A stretch of DNA of 64,000 nt from Schmidtea polychroa (Eukaryota): the NCBI GenBank assembly GCA_044892525.1, contig CM097886.1, positions 49,848,001-49,912,000 on the forward strand. The letters are read 5' to 3'. Both the position numbers and the translations under genes were made by a program. How positions within the stretch are numbered: position 1 is the stretch's first letter; each line of letters opens with the position of its first letter. Shown here piece after piece: positions 13,101 to 25,725 of the stretch. Below the pieces are notes generated by a model. The model saw only the letters and a program-made list of their open reading frames with translations. It had not been told where the DNA came from and did not search any database.

Positions 13101-16100
13101 GATCTTGAAGTCGAGTATGTCACTGATGAATGAGATATTATTAAGATAGAAATGTTTCTTCTTCTTTTGTGTTAATTCCCTAGATCTTTTTGGGGTAGAA
13201 TTCATTCTTTCAATATATATATATATATATTTAATACTATTGGATTTCTTACATATGTAGAATTCCGATTGGAAAATAACGTTTTCACGACTTTTTGATT
13301 TGAATTTGAAAATTGGAGTTTTGAAATGTATTTTGATTATTATCTTTGAAAACAACAATAAACCGGTATAAGGGAGACGAAAATTAACGATAAAAAGCTG
13401 AAATAAAATTTATTAATATATAATATATAATATTCCTCTAATCGAATATATTATATTTGTTTGGTGAAATCTGATCAACCAAAATAAAATTAAAACTATT
13501 AGAAAATAAAATTTATTGATGGCATATATTTTTGTATCTTGATATTTTATTATTATTAATTTATTATTAAGAATTAGATATATATTTAAGACCAATAGTA
13601 AAAAATGTTTTTAGAAAATTAACACCCATCAGCTATTTATATTTAATTTTTTATATATTAGTGAACTATCAGATCAGTCTCTTTTATCAAACCTTCAAGT
13701 AAGATATTCACAGAAATTGATTTACGTAATTATTTTTATTTTTTTAATTTTTATTTTGTGATAAATATTATAGACTTATATTGGCAGCATACTGATAAGC
13801 ATAAATCCTTACACCGAATTAGGAATTTATGATAAAAAATACATTGTTTCCTACCAAAACAAACTAATACAAGACATGCCACCGTAAGTTTGTTTTGTAA
13901 AATATTTTATTCCTAAATATTGATAATAAAATCATAAAAATTTTATTCATAATATTTTTGCAATACGATAATATTATAAAATATTTTATATATTAAATAA
14001 TATTCTTATATTTTGTTTAATCTTGTAATTGAAACAAATGCTTTTAAAATCTTTTAAAATATGTTGTTTTGAAAATTTTCTAAGCTAATCACTAATCATA
14101 AAATAATGGTAATTAAAATGCGATTTTTTACACCATAGAGTAATAAATTATGTAAAATTTTCTGATATAACTCACATATGTGTTCTTTTTATAAAATATT
14201 TTTAATTGTACACGAAACAAAAGCTCTGAGTAGTGTGCTTCTATTTTTTACGATAATCTCAATATTCAAGTTCCTTGAAATTTCTCTGCAATTGAAGCAT
14301 ATACTGTTTATTATTATTCGTCTAAAATATTCAAAATAGGTGATTAAATTTTAAATTAAACAGTTTGTTTGTTAAAACAAGAAGACTTTTAATTTTAATT
14401 CTTTAAAAGGAAGTTCTGTGATTTTTTTTTTAAAAATTAAGTATAAAATGTTATTTTTAACTAGTTAAGGCGCCCATTGAAAAATACCGAATACTTTAAT
14501 ATTATATACACGAAATATTTATTAATAATTCAATTTTTGCTAATATTATGCAAATTTAATAAAGAGCCTCTTGAAAAACTACATTGCATGTGAATTGTCT
14601 CTGGTCATTCGATAATTTTCCTTGCTGTGGATTCGATTCAATATACACCTTCACTTGACTTGCAACTCTTGATCGTGAGAAAGCCTCATACAATTGGCTG
14701 TTTGAAAATACTGGGTTCTCCAAAAAATTCCAATGTAGTCAAATGATCAAAATTGAAAAAAACAAAATGAAAATATTTTTTGAATAAATTTTAAATTCAA
14801 AAAATATTCCTATATATAAATTTTGAAAGCGTTACACAGTCAGTCAGTCAGTCAGTGATGAACGAAAATATATATACATATGATGTTTTCTAATAAATAT
14901 TAGTAAAGTTCTAAACAGTTATGGAAAAGTATTAGAAGAATTATTCAAAGATAAATTGAGAATGAAGCAATACGATCTTGTAGTTCAGGGATTCTCTGTC
15001 TATTCAAATGGGAGATCAAGAGATTTGAGAACTTTCAAACTGTATTATTGTAATTTCTTTGGGATTTTCTTATGAATGAATTAATTATGAAAGAAAAAGC
15101 GAATTAGAATGTAAGAAAAATAAAGATTTTAACCAGTATTGTAAAAAATAAGTTTACAATAATTCCAAGTTATTTAAGTTTTACAACATTTGAAATTGAT
15201 GGTTATTATTTGCCATCAAGTTCTTTGACTAATTCCTACTTTCTGGTTCTAAAATAAAATAGTAGCGGACAAAATGGTATAGATTTAAGTCTATTTAAAT
15301 AGAGTAATAAGTTTATTTTTTAAATTTAATTAGTTTTTTCCCCTATAATATATACTATATTATATACTTTACTTCCATCTTTTTGAGACAGAACAGCACC
15401 AATGCGGTCAAAACTTGCATCTGTATCCAAAATGAATGGCTTAGAAAAATCTGAGAACTTCAATACAGGTGAAGACGTCAATTTCAGTTTTAAATTTTGA
15501 AATGAAGTTTCACACTCATCAGTCCACATAAGCTTCTTTTGTTTACTTCCACATAACGCTTCTAATACTTTGGAATCTTTGGTGTAATTTTCTATAAATC
15601 TGCTATAGTAATTTACCAAGCCTAAAAATCCTCTCAAACTTTTGACGCATTTAGGTCTTTCAAAATTTTTAGTAGTTTCAATCTTGCTTTCATCCGTACG
15701 TATTCCATCTTCACCAATGATATGACCCAAAAATTTTACTTCTTTCCTTTTGAATTGACATTTTGCTGGACTTATTTTAAGATTTGCTAATTTAATCTTT
15801 TGAAAAACCTTTTCAATGGTACTATAATGTTCATTCAATGTCTTTGAAAATATAAGGATATCATCCAGATATACAATTGTTCCTTTCCAATTTAATTCTC
15901 CAAGAACCAAATTCATGAGTCTTTGAAATGTTGCTGGTGCGGCTGCTATTCCATATGGCATTCTGTTAAAGAAATATTGCTTGCTTTTTGTCGAAAATGC
16001 TGTTTTCAATTTTGATGCATCATCGAGTTCTACTTGATAATAAGCATTGCCTAAATCAATTGTCGAGAAAAACTTTGCTCCGTCAAGAATATCTAATAAT

Positions 16101-19100
16101 TCATCAGTATTTGGACCGTTTTGAAATGTCGTTCCAAAATTCCTTTCTTCGGTAATGAAACACTATTATTACAAATTAAACAACAGCATTTCTTCTTTAT
16201 CATAATAAAGAAATAATCATGCTCCCATTTTTCAAGATAGTGATAAGTTTTAATCTTTTTAGAATTATTCATGGTGTCACAATTTAAAAAATTTTTAATT
16301 TATGTCAATTTGATTACTACCACCAGTACAAATAGTTTTTGATTCTTGAAATTGAAAATGGGAACTTGAAAGGAAATAAATATCTGAAATATGAATATTT
16401 ATTGCCGATCGACCTAAAATCATTACGCGATCGACGTTATTGACATCTCTGCTATATACTATATGTATGAAAATGCCGATTCGCAAAGGTATGTAGATCA
16501 GAAACAAGAATAGATATATTCGCTACATTTGGTGACATTGGGATATTTTTCTCGGCTGACATATTTCCAAAAATCTTTTTCAGATTTTCTGGCTTGTCAC
16601 AGTAGTAAACAGAATTTTTCCCAGACATTGCGAGAGATCGACGATCGACCGGTCGATCGCGATGGACTTGTTGGCCACCACTGATATATAGCATTAATGT
16701 TGAAGGAATAGATTAACGATTAGAAAAGTAAGTTGCTTTTATTTTTTCCATGCCATTTTGTACATTGTACCATTTAATCATAGTACCACTTTGTCCGCTA
16801 CCATTTTGTCCGGTCACCCTACATTTCTTTTTTATCAAATAGCGAAATACACATGTGTTTAGTTTTTAGGTTTCTTTCAATCCAAAATCCACCAAAATTC
16901 TTTTTAATGACTTCATGATTACTTACTATGCTTAATTGAAATTCTTTTCATTGGTCTTCCATAAAATATGCGATTAAAGGAGTCCTTTTAGTTGTGATAT
17001 AAAAGAATATTTGTCATTTAGACATTTATTTGGAATCGGAGAGACGAATTACACGAAAATGATGAGAGATAATGAGAACCAAGTCATCGTTATCAGGTTA
17101 ATCAAAACAATATATTTATTAATTTCAATATTTCTCACAGTGGAGAATCAGGAGCTGGAAAAACAGAAAGTTTTAAAAGGTTGCTGAAATATTTTGCATA
17201 TGTATCTGGTGGATTTAAGGAAGTAAAGCAGAATTCTGATCAGTTGTCGAACGATATTGCCACACGAATTCTAGACAGTACTCCTCTATTGGAAAGTTTC
17301 GGTAATGCTCAAACGATTCGCAACGACAATTCGTCAAGATTCGGTAAATACGTGGAAATATTTTTTGACAAGTAACAAAAATTAATAATTGAATTTGATA
17401 ATTATTGTTATGTCAATTCTTTCCTAGCGGTAACATTTGTGGCTCACGGATCACGAATTATCTGTTAGAGAAATCCAGAATTGTTAATATTGTATTTATT
17501 ATATTTTTAATTATAAATTATATAATAATAATATATTATTATAAAAGAATCCCAGAGAAAGAGGATATCACATTTTCTATGAAGTTCTTCTTGGATTGGA
17601 CTCATTCAACAAAAGCCAATATTATTTCAAGGACATTAAAGATTATTCGTATCTCAGCAATGTAATACTCATATATAATTTATTGTTTTTATAATATTAT
17701 TTATTATCTTTGTTAACCTCCACATTACTGCAATTTGCATACCTGACATCTTTTTACACTCCATTTTAATGTTTTCTTTACCCCCACCAAGTTTAAGATC
17801 ATGTTGTTCGTACATTCTTCGCCAAAGAGTCTTGAAAATTTGAAATTTCAACTCTTGAAAACTTTGAGTGACTTCCATTAATAAACAGTTGCTGATCAAC
17901 AACTTTATTTTACTTGTATCTATAGTTTTATTTTTGGATCTTATTAATGTTATGGATAAATGTAACATTTTCAAATTGAATATACCATAAGCAAACAACT
18001 TGTGCATCACATTCACGTGAATGTTTTTGGTTGCCTTTAATATTGTCAATAGCTGGTAAATTACAGTTATAAATTAGTTAGGCGGAATGCCACAAATGCG
18101 TATGTGGGCATTTATCTAATTGAATTTATTAAAAGAGAGTGTGAAGACTATAAATCAGTAATTTATCGATGTTTGTTGATACTCACGAATTTTCGGCACT
18201 GCATTTTTCAAGTGAATTCTCATTTGAAAAAGGCAGTGCTGAAAATTCGTGAGTATCAACAAACATCGATATATTACTGATTTACACTCTCTTTACACTC
18301 TCTTTTAATAAATTCAACAGAAAAAATAATCAGTGGTGAAATTGGAAGAAATAAAAGTTCTTATAATAATTTATCTAATTGTTGATAGCAAAGTTAATTA
18401 GGAAATGTTGTATTTCCATGGATTATAAGAAAATTGCAAACAAGAAAAAAATAGCATTTATTTTATTTTGTCATTTTTAGTCTTAAGTTTATTTTCTCTT
18501 CGATAATTATGCGATAATTATAATACGATAATTATAAAACGTTTGAAAGCATAACCAAATATATTTTGACTCAAAATAAAAAAAAACAAATAACTACACG
18601 TCTAAAAATTGGATTAGAGTAAACAAAGTTAAATACATTTAATATATTTTTTTTTGTAATTCTCCACATATTTGGATGGCTACGATAAAATGAGGAGTTT
18701 AGACCATTATGAGATCCTTCATAGTAATTAGTGGTCTTTAAAGACTGGTGTATCAAAATAATTGAAAATTTCATTGTATCCTTCACCAGGAAATGTTTCA
18801 GCAAGTTGGTAAAACACAGTTCTTAGATCTATCATAAGAATAAATGCCAAGGCAGCCAAAGGTTTGAGTTTAAGTTTTAAATTTAAATCACTTTCGAAAG
18901 CACTTCTAAGATTAACATTACTAACTTTTCTTATTATACTATGGGACGAACGACAGTTGCAGACTTTCACTTCAGTATTAGGAAAAGCATTTTTCAGAAT
19001 GTAATAGTGTCTATTTTCTATTCACATTATTTACAGTTGATCCTGACTTGTAATACTGATATCGAAGGTTTGTTAACATTTTGGTACATGTCGTTACCAG

Positions 19101-20540
19101 GAATATCTCCTTCTTTATATTATAGACGTATTAAGTTATGATCACATAAACTCCATATCCACAAATTCTATACAGATTTTTCTGGATAATTTATTTTTTA
19201 TTTCGTTTCATTGTGCATTTTTGTGTGGACTCTTTATTATAATTATTCATATATATAAATAAGTTTTTATTAAAAATTTTTTACCAGTCTAAAGAGTTCA
19301 CAATTAAAGATCGAAACGATGCTGCAAATCTCAAAGAATTTATGAATCAGTGGGACTCATTAGGATTGACGAGTGAAGATTTAGATGTTGCAATGAGGAT
19401 CTTGAGTGCCGTTTTGCATCTTGGTAATATTAAATTCATGGAGGAACAAGTAAATTATCGATTATTTTTAAGGGTTTATGAAAATATTTTTTAATTAAGG
19501 AGGCCAGTTATTTAGTGGAAACTGAGAATATTGGGATCGTTTCTAAAATGTTAAAAATTGACCATGAGTCATTGAAACAATGCCTAACGATGAAGACAAC
19601 TGTAAGAAGATTTTTTAATATTTACTTTGTTTAGAATACTAATTAATATATTGGCTAATATTAAAATAACGAATTTTATTTGTTTTTTTATTAATTTATA
19701 TTAAAAAAAATATGTCCTTTTTTCGAAATTACTGATCGCTAGCTGAACATTAATCATTTTTACCTGAAAATGCCATATTAGCTTTGGAAATAGTTTGATC
19801 CTAGGATCTAAGTTTCTTGTTTCGATTTGATTCATTTAAACAAAATATATAAATAGAATTTTATATTTTAAAAGATATTTTTAAAAGAAATTATTTGTAT
19901 GTTTCCAAAAAATAATTAAAGAGTAAATAATAGGTTTTGAGTAACACTTAACGTTTTAGTTAAGATTTACATATTTATCATAGTTTTACAAGTTTATATG
20001 TAATTGTAATATTTATCACATAATTAGAAATCTTTCGATTTATTATAATAATTTATTATCTTAATAATAACACTAACAATTGTATTTATTAAAAAACTTG
20101 ACTATGAATCAGTAAAGATATCNNNNNNNNNNNNNNNNNNNNNNNNNNNNNNNNNNNNNNNNNNNNNNNNNNNNNNNNNNNNNNNNNNNNNNNNNNNNNN
20201 NNNNNNNNNNNNNNNNNNNNNNNNNNNNNNNNNNNNNNNNNNNNNNNNNNNNNNNNNNNNNNNCGACTAATTTTTTAGTCCGCAGAGGTGATTATGATTT
20301 TTCATACGCCATGTTTACAAGTTTACAGATTTTTTCTGTGACCAAGCTATTTTGCAAGCGATGTGATTTCCAGTGTACCGGGGAAAGTATGCAATAGAGT
20401 TGAATCAACAATATTGTATACTTACCTGGCGCGAAGAGAAATCTTCGTGTCTCCCGCATAGTACTGATGAGAGCCAAAAGCTCGAAACTAGTCTACTATT
20501 GGGATTTGCACTGGGTATCACAAAGCTTGTACTGTTTATT

Positions 20541-20612
<72 letters not shown>

Positions 20613-23096
20613 CTGAACTAAACAAATACTGTTAATCAGTTATAACAAAAATCATTTTGTTTTTAAACTTTCTTTTAACATTGCGAATTTGACGAAATCT
20701 ACTGGAATTTATTGCCATTTTTACTTCTTTTTATTTTACAAAAAAGAACAACTAGTATACTAAAGATTGTTAAGTGTACATTAAATCTTTTAACATTTTG
20801 ATTTTTAATTAATCGGTATATACAAAATTTATTAAAATTATTTAATAAATTAATTTTAACTCGTTCTCAATGAACTAAATACCGCTCTTACATATTTCCA
20901 AAATTTCAATAAGTTACTTATAAATTTGAAAGCAAATAAATTCATATATATTGTCCGATATTTTCTTGTTAATAACTAACCAATTGATTAATTGCAAAAA
21001 TCATCTTAAATTAATTTTTAAAAATGTCATTATTTTTTATTGATTTTTTATTGCTAACCAATCATTTTATATGGATTCTGAAATCATTATTGATTATTTT
21101 TTTCAAACAATAATTCATAAAATTAAATGATAAAATTTATTTTAAACTGATCTGCCGCATAAAACTTTTTGATGTAACTTTTGTTTAAATAAGCAGTTGG
21201 TAGGTTTGTGCTGGCATTTGCATTATTTATACATTGAGTATTTCATAATGCCAATAATTACTATAGATGTTACCAAACAAAATTTTATCAAGCAATAAAA
21301 TAATTNNNNNNNNNNNNNNNNNNNNNNNNNNNNNNNNNNNNNNNNNNNNNNNNNNNNNNNNNNNNNNNNNNNNNNNNNNNNNNNNNNNNNNNNNNNNNNN
21401 NNNNNNNNNNNNNNNNNNNNNNNNNNNNNNNNNNNNNNNNNNNNNNNNNNNNNNNNNNNNNNNNNNNNNNNNNNNNNNNNNNNNNNNNNNNNNNNNNNNN
21501 NNNNNNNNNNNNNNTACTTTACTTAAATGTGAATTTGAATTTTATTTTAATTTAAGGAAACCGTAAAAGATGCATCAATTAGCCCTTTGAATATGGAACA
21601 ATCTATTAATTATAGAGATACACTTTCCAAGCATCTTTATTCGGAGTTATTCAACTGGATCGTCACTAAAGTTAATGCAGGTTTGAACCAAAACAATTTG
21701 CCTGTTCGACGCCAATCAGTAGTCGACAGGTCTCTACTTTCGGCGGGATCCACATTTCGGTCCATTGCCATGCTCGATATCTATGGGTTTGAAGTAAAAA
21801 TTTAATTCAATTCCTGTAAATTCATATCGTTTTTTCATCACGAAATTTCTCATTCCGAATTTATTATTTTATTTTACTTGTTATTATTGGTTCTTTATAC
21901 AGGTTTATTTGGGATTTTGGTTACAAGTTGTAAATTTAAAAAAAATATGAACTCATTAAGCTACAAAACTTGTAACAACAATTTCCAATCTGTTTTCTTT
22001 TCATTTTTCTAATATTTTATAACAGTAAATTCAATTGGAAGAATATAAAAGTTTTCGATACAAGCTGTATCAAGTCTTTTTATAAAGAACTTTTAAATGT
22101 TTATGTAGAAGTTGATAACTTGTCCCATGAATGAATTGAACCACCAACTTTTCTAAAAATGTTTGTAGTAATTTGTTTGTTTGTTATTGAGTTTGTTCTT
22201 TGAGTCGCCGTTTGAATATTAGATAAGTTTCACTGATGTAAATTTCGTCACATATTGGATGAATTACCATATAAAATAGACGGATAATATAATTTTATAT
22301 ATTTACTTCTCAAGCATGGCTCCAAGGAAAACAACGCTTAGACATACATCGACAATGCAATAATATAGCCACTCTCCCATTTCATCAGTTATTCTTCTCA
22401 TAGATTCTGAGGACTTTTAAAAATAAAATGCATTCTGAGAAATTTGAAGTTGATAAAAACTTTTTAGAGAAATTTCTTATATTTATATCAATTGCCTATT
22501 CTTAATTTCGTCAGTATCGTGAGCAATATGTATTAGAACCAGCCTGCCATCCTGAACCACTTAAAAAGGACGTTTTAATTGTTTTAAGTAATTGTCTTGA
22601 AATAAAAATGAATAGTTATTGACGATTGTTTAATATTTTTGTCTTATATAATTCATTATGTGTGATATTTAATGGTTTACCTTAGAGAAATTCAACTGCT
22701 ATGAATGTCATACACAGGGCCGTAACAAGGGTGGTGCGAGCGGTGCAGTTGCACAGGGCGCACATCTGAAAGGAGCGCAACATTGGGATGTACCAATTTT
22801 TTAATGTCACCAAAAAATGAAGAAATATAAAAAAAACGACATCCTAGCTAGCCTATCTTTAGCATTACTGGTTGCACTGGTCCATTAGCGTGCCTTCGTA
22901 GGTGTGTATTTTATAAAGTGTTAGTTCACAAAATGGTTTCCTGTCATTTTTTCAATTAGCAACAGTATTTTAAGAGCATTACTACCTATTATAATAGCTG
23001 GAGATGAATACATAGTCAACAATCTTAACATGAATATTATAATTATTATAGTAGGCTGTTTCGAATTCGCGTGATGGGGGCGCCAGATATATGAAC

Positions 23097-23155
<59 letters not shown>

Positions 23156-24931
23156 CTTATTAGTTGACCGAGAATCCCGCAAATCCCTAAATCGAATCTG
23201 ATATCTATGACAAGAATTAATGAGATATAATTTATTCAAACAATAATTCTATGTTACAGCATTTTAGGCATCACTTAATAAGTGTGTAAAGCACAGAGTA
23301 TTTACTGGTCCGTGCAGTGCAAAATTGCAATATATTAGACCAATAGAAATTGAATATTATCAATCAATCAAAATCTTTATAAATATGCTGATTTTACATC
23401 TGAATGCACACAATTAGTATTGAACTGAATTCCAAGAATATCGATATTTTGAATGGCAACTTTGGAGGTTTTCTGAAATAATTAAAAGTCATTTAACCGA
23501 AAAAATAATTGTAAATGTTTTGTATTTCAAAAACAATCAATTTTATTTATACATTTCATTTATTTTAATTATATATAAAAAAATCTCATTAAAAATATTT
23601 CATTGTTTTATATTTAAATTAGGTGTAAAGGATATTGTATTAATTTTAGAACTTCCCTGACAACAGTTTGGAACAGCTATGTATCAATTACGCAAATGAA
23701 ACTTTACAACAATTCTTCAACCGATACGTATTTCAACTGGAACAGGAAGAATACAAAAAAGAAGGTATCAGTTGGCACTACATAGCCTATCCAGACAACC
23801 AACCGATTATAGACTTATTGTCCTCAAAACCAAATGGCATCATACAGATCCTGAATGACGAGTGTTCCATACCCCAGGTTATTTATAATAATAATAATAT
23901 TAATATAATAATAATAATTTTTAGGGATCAGATGTATCATTTTTAAATAAATGCCACAATGTTCATGGTAAAAACGAGAACTATGAGAAACCGAAAAAAA
24001 CTCATCCGCCTCAATTTATCATTCATCATTTTGCTGGCAATATTTCTTATTCAGTGATAACTTATATAATATTGTTTCAGTAATTATTTTTCTCTCTAGG
24101 TTGCTGGATTTTTAGAAAAGAATCGTGACGTTTTACGAAAAGAAATCCTCAACATCATCGAAAATTGTGAGGTTATTGAGATTGCTACGATGTTTCGTAA
24201 GAAACGAGAACTACAAACGAAAAGCCCCACTGCCAAAGCAAGAACACCTGCTGTGATGGGAGATTTCCAAAATTCATTAACGACATTATTAGCGAAAATG
24301 AAAACGTTAGTTTTTGATTTGTTGTTCGAAGGGAATTTGAAAGACCTAATAAAATTGGAATTTGTACTTTATGAAATATTTAAAGGATTTCTACAGTTTG
24401 AATGACTTAGACAACAACATCACTTATAGATTCACATAATAAATTAACTTCTAAAACCTTTGAGCCTTATAACTTAAACTTAGATTTAGATCTACATGAA
24501 CAACCAAGATGGAGGTGACATAATTTTGTTTCATATTCAATTTTACTTACGTCGTCCAGAGAAGTAATAGTTAATCCCGGAGCCCGGAAATAACTCACTG
24601 AAACCCGGAGAGGTAGCAACCCTAATTACTAAATAAAAATATAAACTCCAAAAATTTATTTAATGAAAACTTGTCAAAACCTAATTATACTATTCTTATA
24701 AATATTATTTAAACAAATTTCCATGAAACATTTCTAAAAATAATTCAAATAGTACTTTCATACAAATTCAGTATACGATTTAAATTTCATATTCATTTTA
24801 ATTTTATAGCGTTTAATATCTAATCCAAAAGATTAAAAAAAATTTTATATTAAATTTGCTATTCAAATTCCTAAATAATTTCTAGAATTTTACGCAATAT
24901 AATTTTAATATTATTTTTAACATTATTCAAA

Positions 24932-24994
<63 letters not shown>

Positions 24995-25135
24995 AAATAA
25001 TTTCTTGGTAAGTGCATAAATTAAATTTTAAGCAAGTAAATGAAAAGAGAAGACTTTCTTATAATCTAAGATTTTCTCATTTAAAATTTAATTCTCATTT
25101 TGCAACAAAGGTTTATCTTACTTTTACTTGTTTAA

Positions 25136-25207
<72 letters not shown>

Positions 25208-25725
25208 TTTTTTAAAATGATCTAATTAATTTTATAAATTTAAACATTTAGCTGTCAACCTTGGTTTATTCGATGCTTGAAACCAAACACAACAAAAGAA
25301 GCATTAAAATTTAATAAAGACATTGTCATGGATCAAATGAAATATACTGGAATTCTTGAAACTGTAAAAATCAGAAAATCCGGATTCCCTATTCAAATTT
25401 TATTCAGCGTATTTTTGTCTAGATTCTATTTGCTTGTCACCAAAGAAATAAGGAAAGCAAGTCTACAAGGTCAACAGGAAGCTTGCTTGAAGTTGATGAT
25501 CAAGTTCAAAGGTGTAAAAAATAAGCATTTTGAACTAGGAAAAACGAAATTGTTTTTGAAAGAAGATTTTGCTCGGCATTTAGAGAAACAAGTTCAAATC
25601 ATTCGCAATCGAAGTGCTGTGACAATTCAAAGAAAATGGCGTGCATATTGGAAGATCCGATTGGTCATTATACAAAATCAAGCAGCTACCAAAATACAGT
25701 CAATTGTTCGGGGATTTATAGACAG
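7112..25725 (+). CDS. MYO15: Myosin motor domain and first two IQ motifs (exons 1-14)
   Basis: [22 protein letters not shown]-loop GESGAGKT, switch [16 protein letters not shown], switch [35 protein letters not shown], then IQRKWRAY and IQSIVRGF. Confidence 0.96.

Noticed and set aside
17669-18049. 126-aa - strand ORF in myosin intron 7
   Set aside because: No recognisable motif and no convincing splice context; probably decayed repeat or chance in AT-rich DNA.
20418-20580. U1 snRNA gene
   Set aside because: Similarity stops after about 15 nt; no stem-loop I GAUCACGAAG loop and no Sm site follow.
22100-22620. Possible Maverick-associated GSGW-motif fragment on the - strand
   Set aside because: A single short motif in broken frames.
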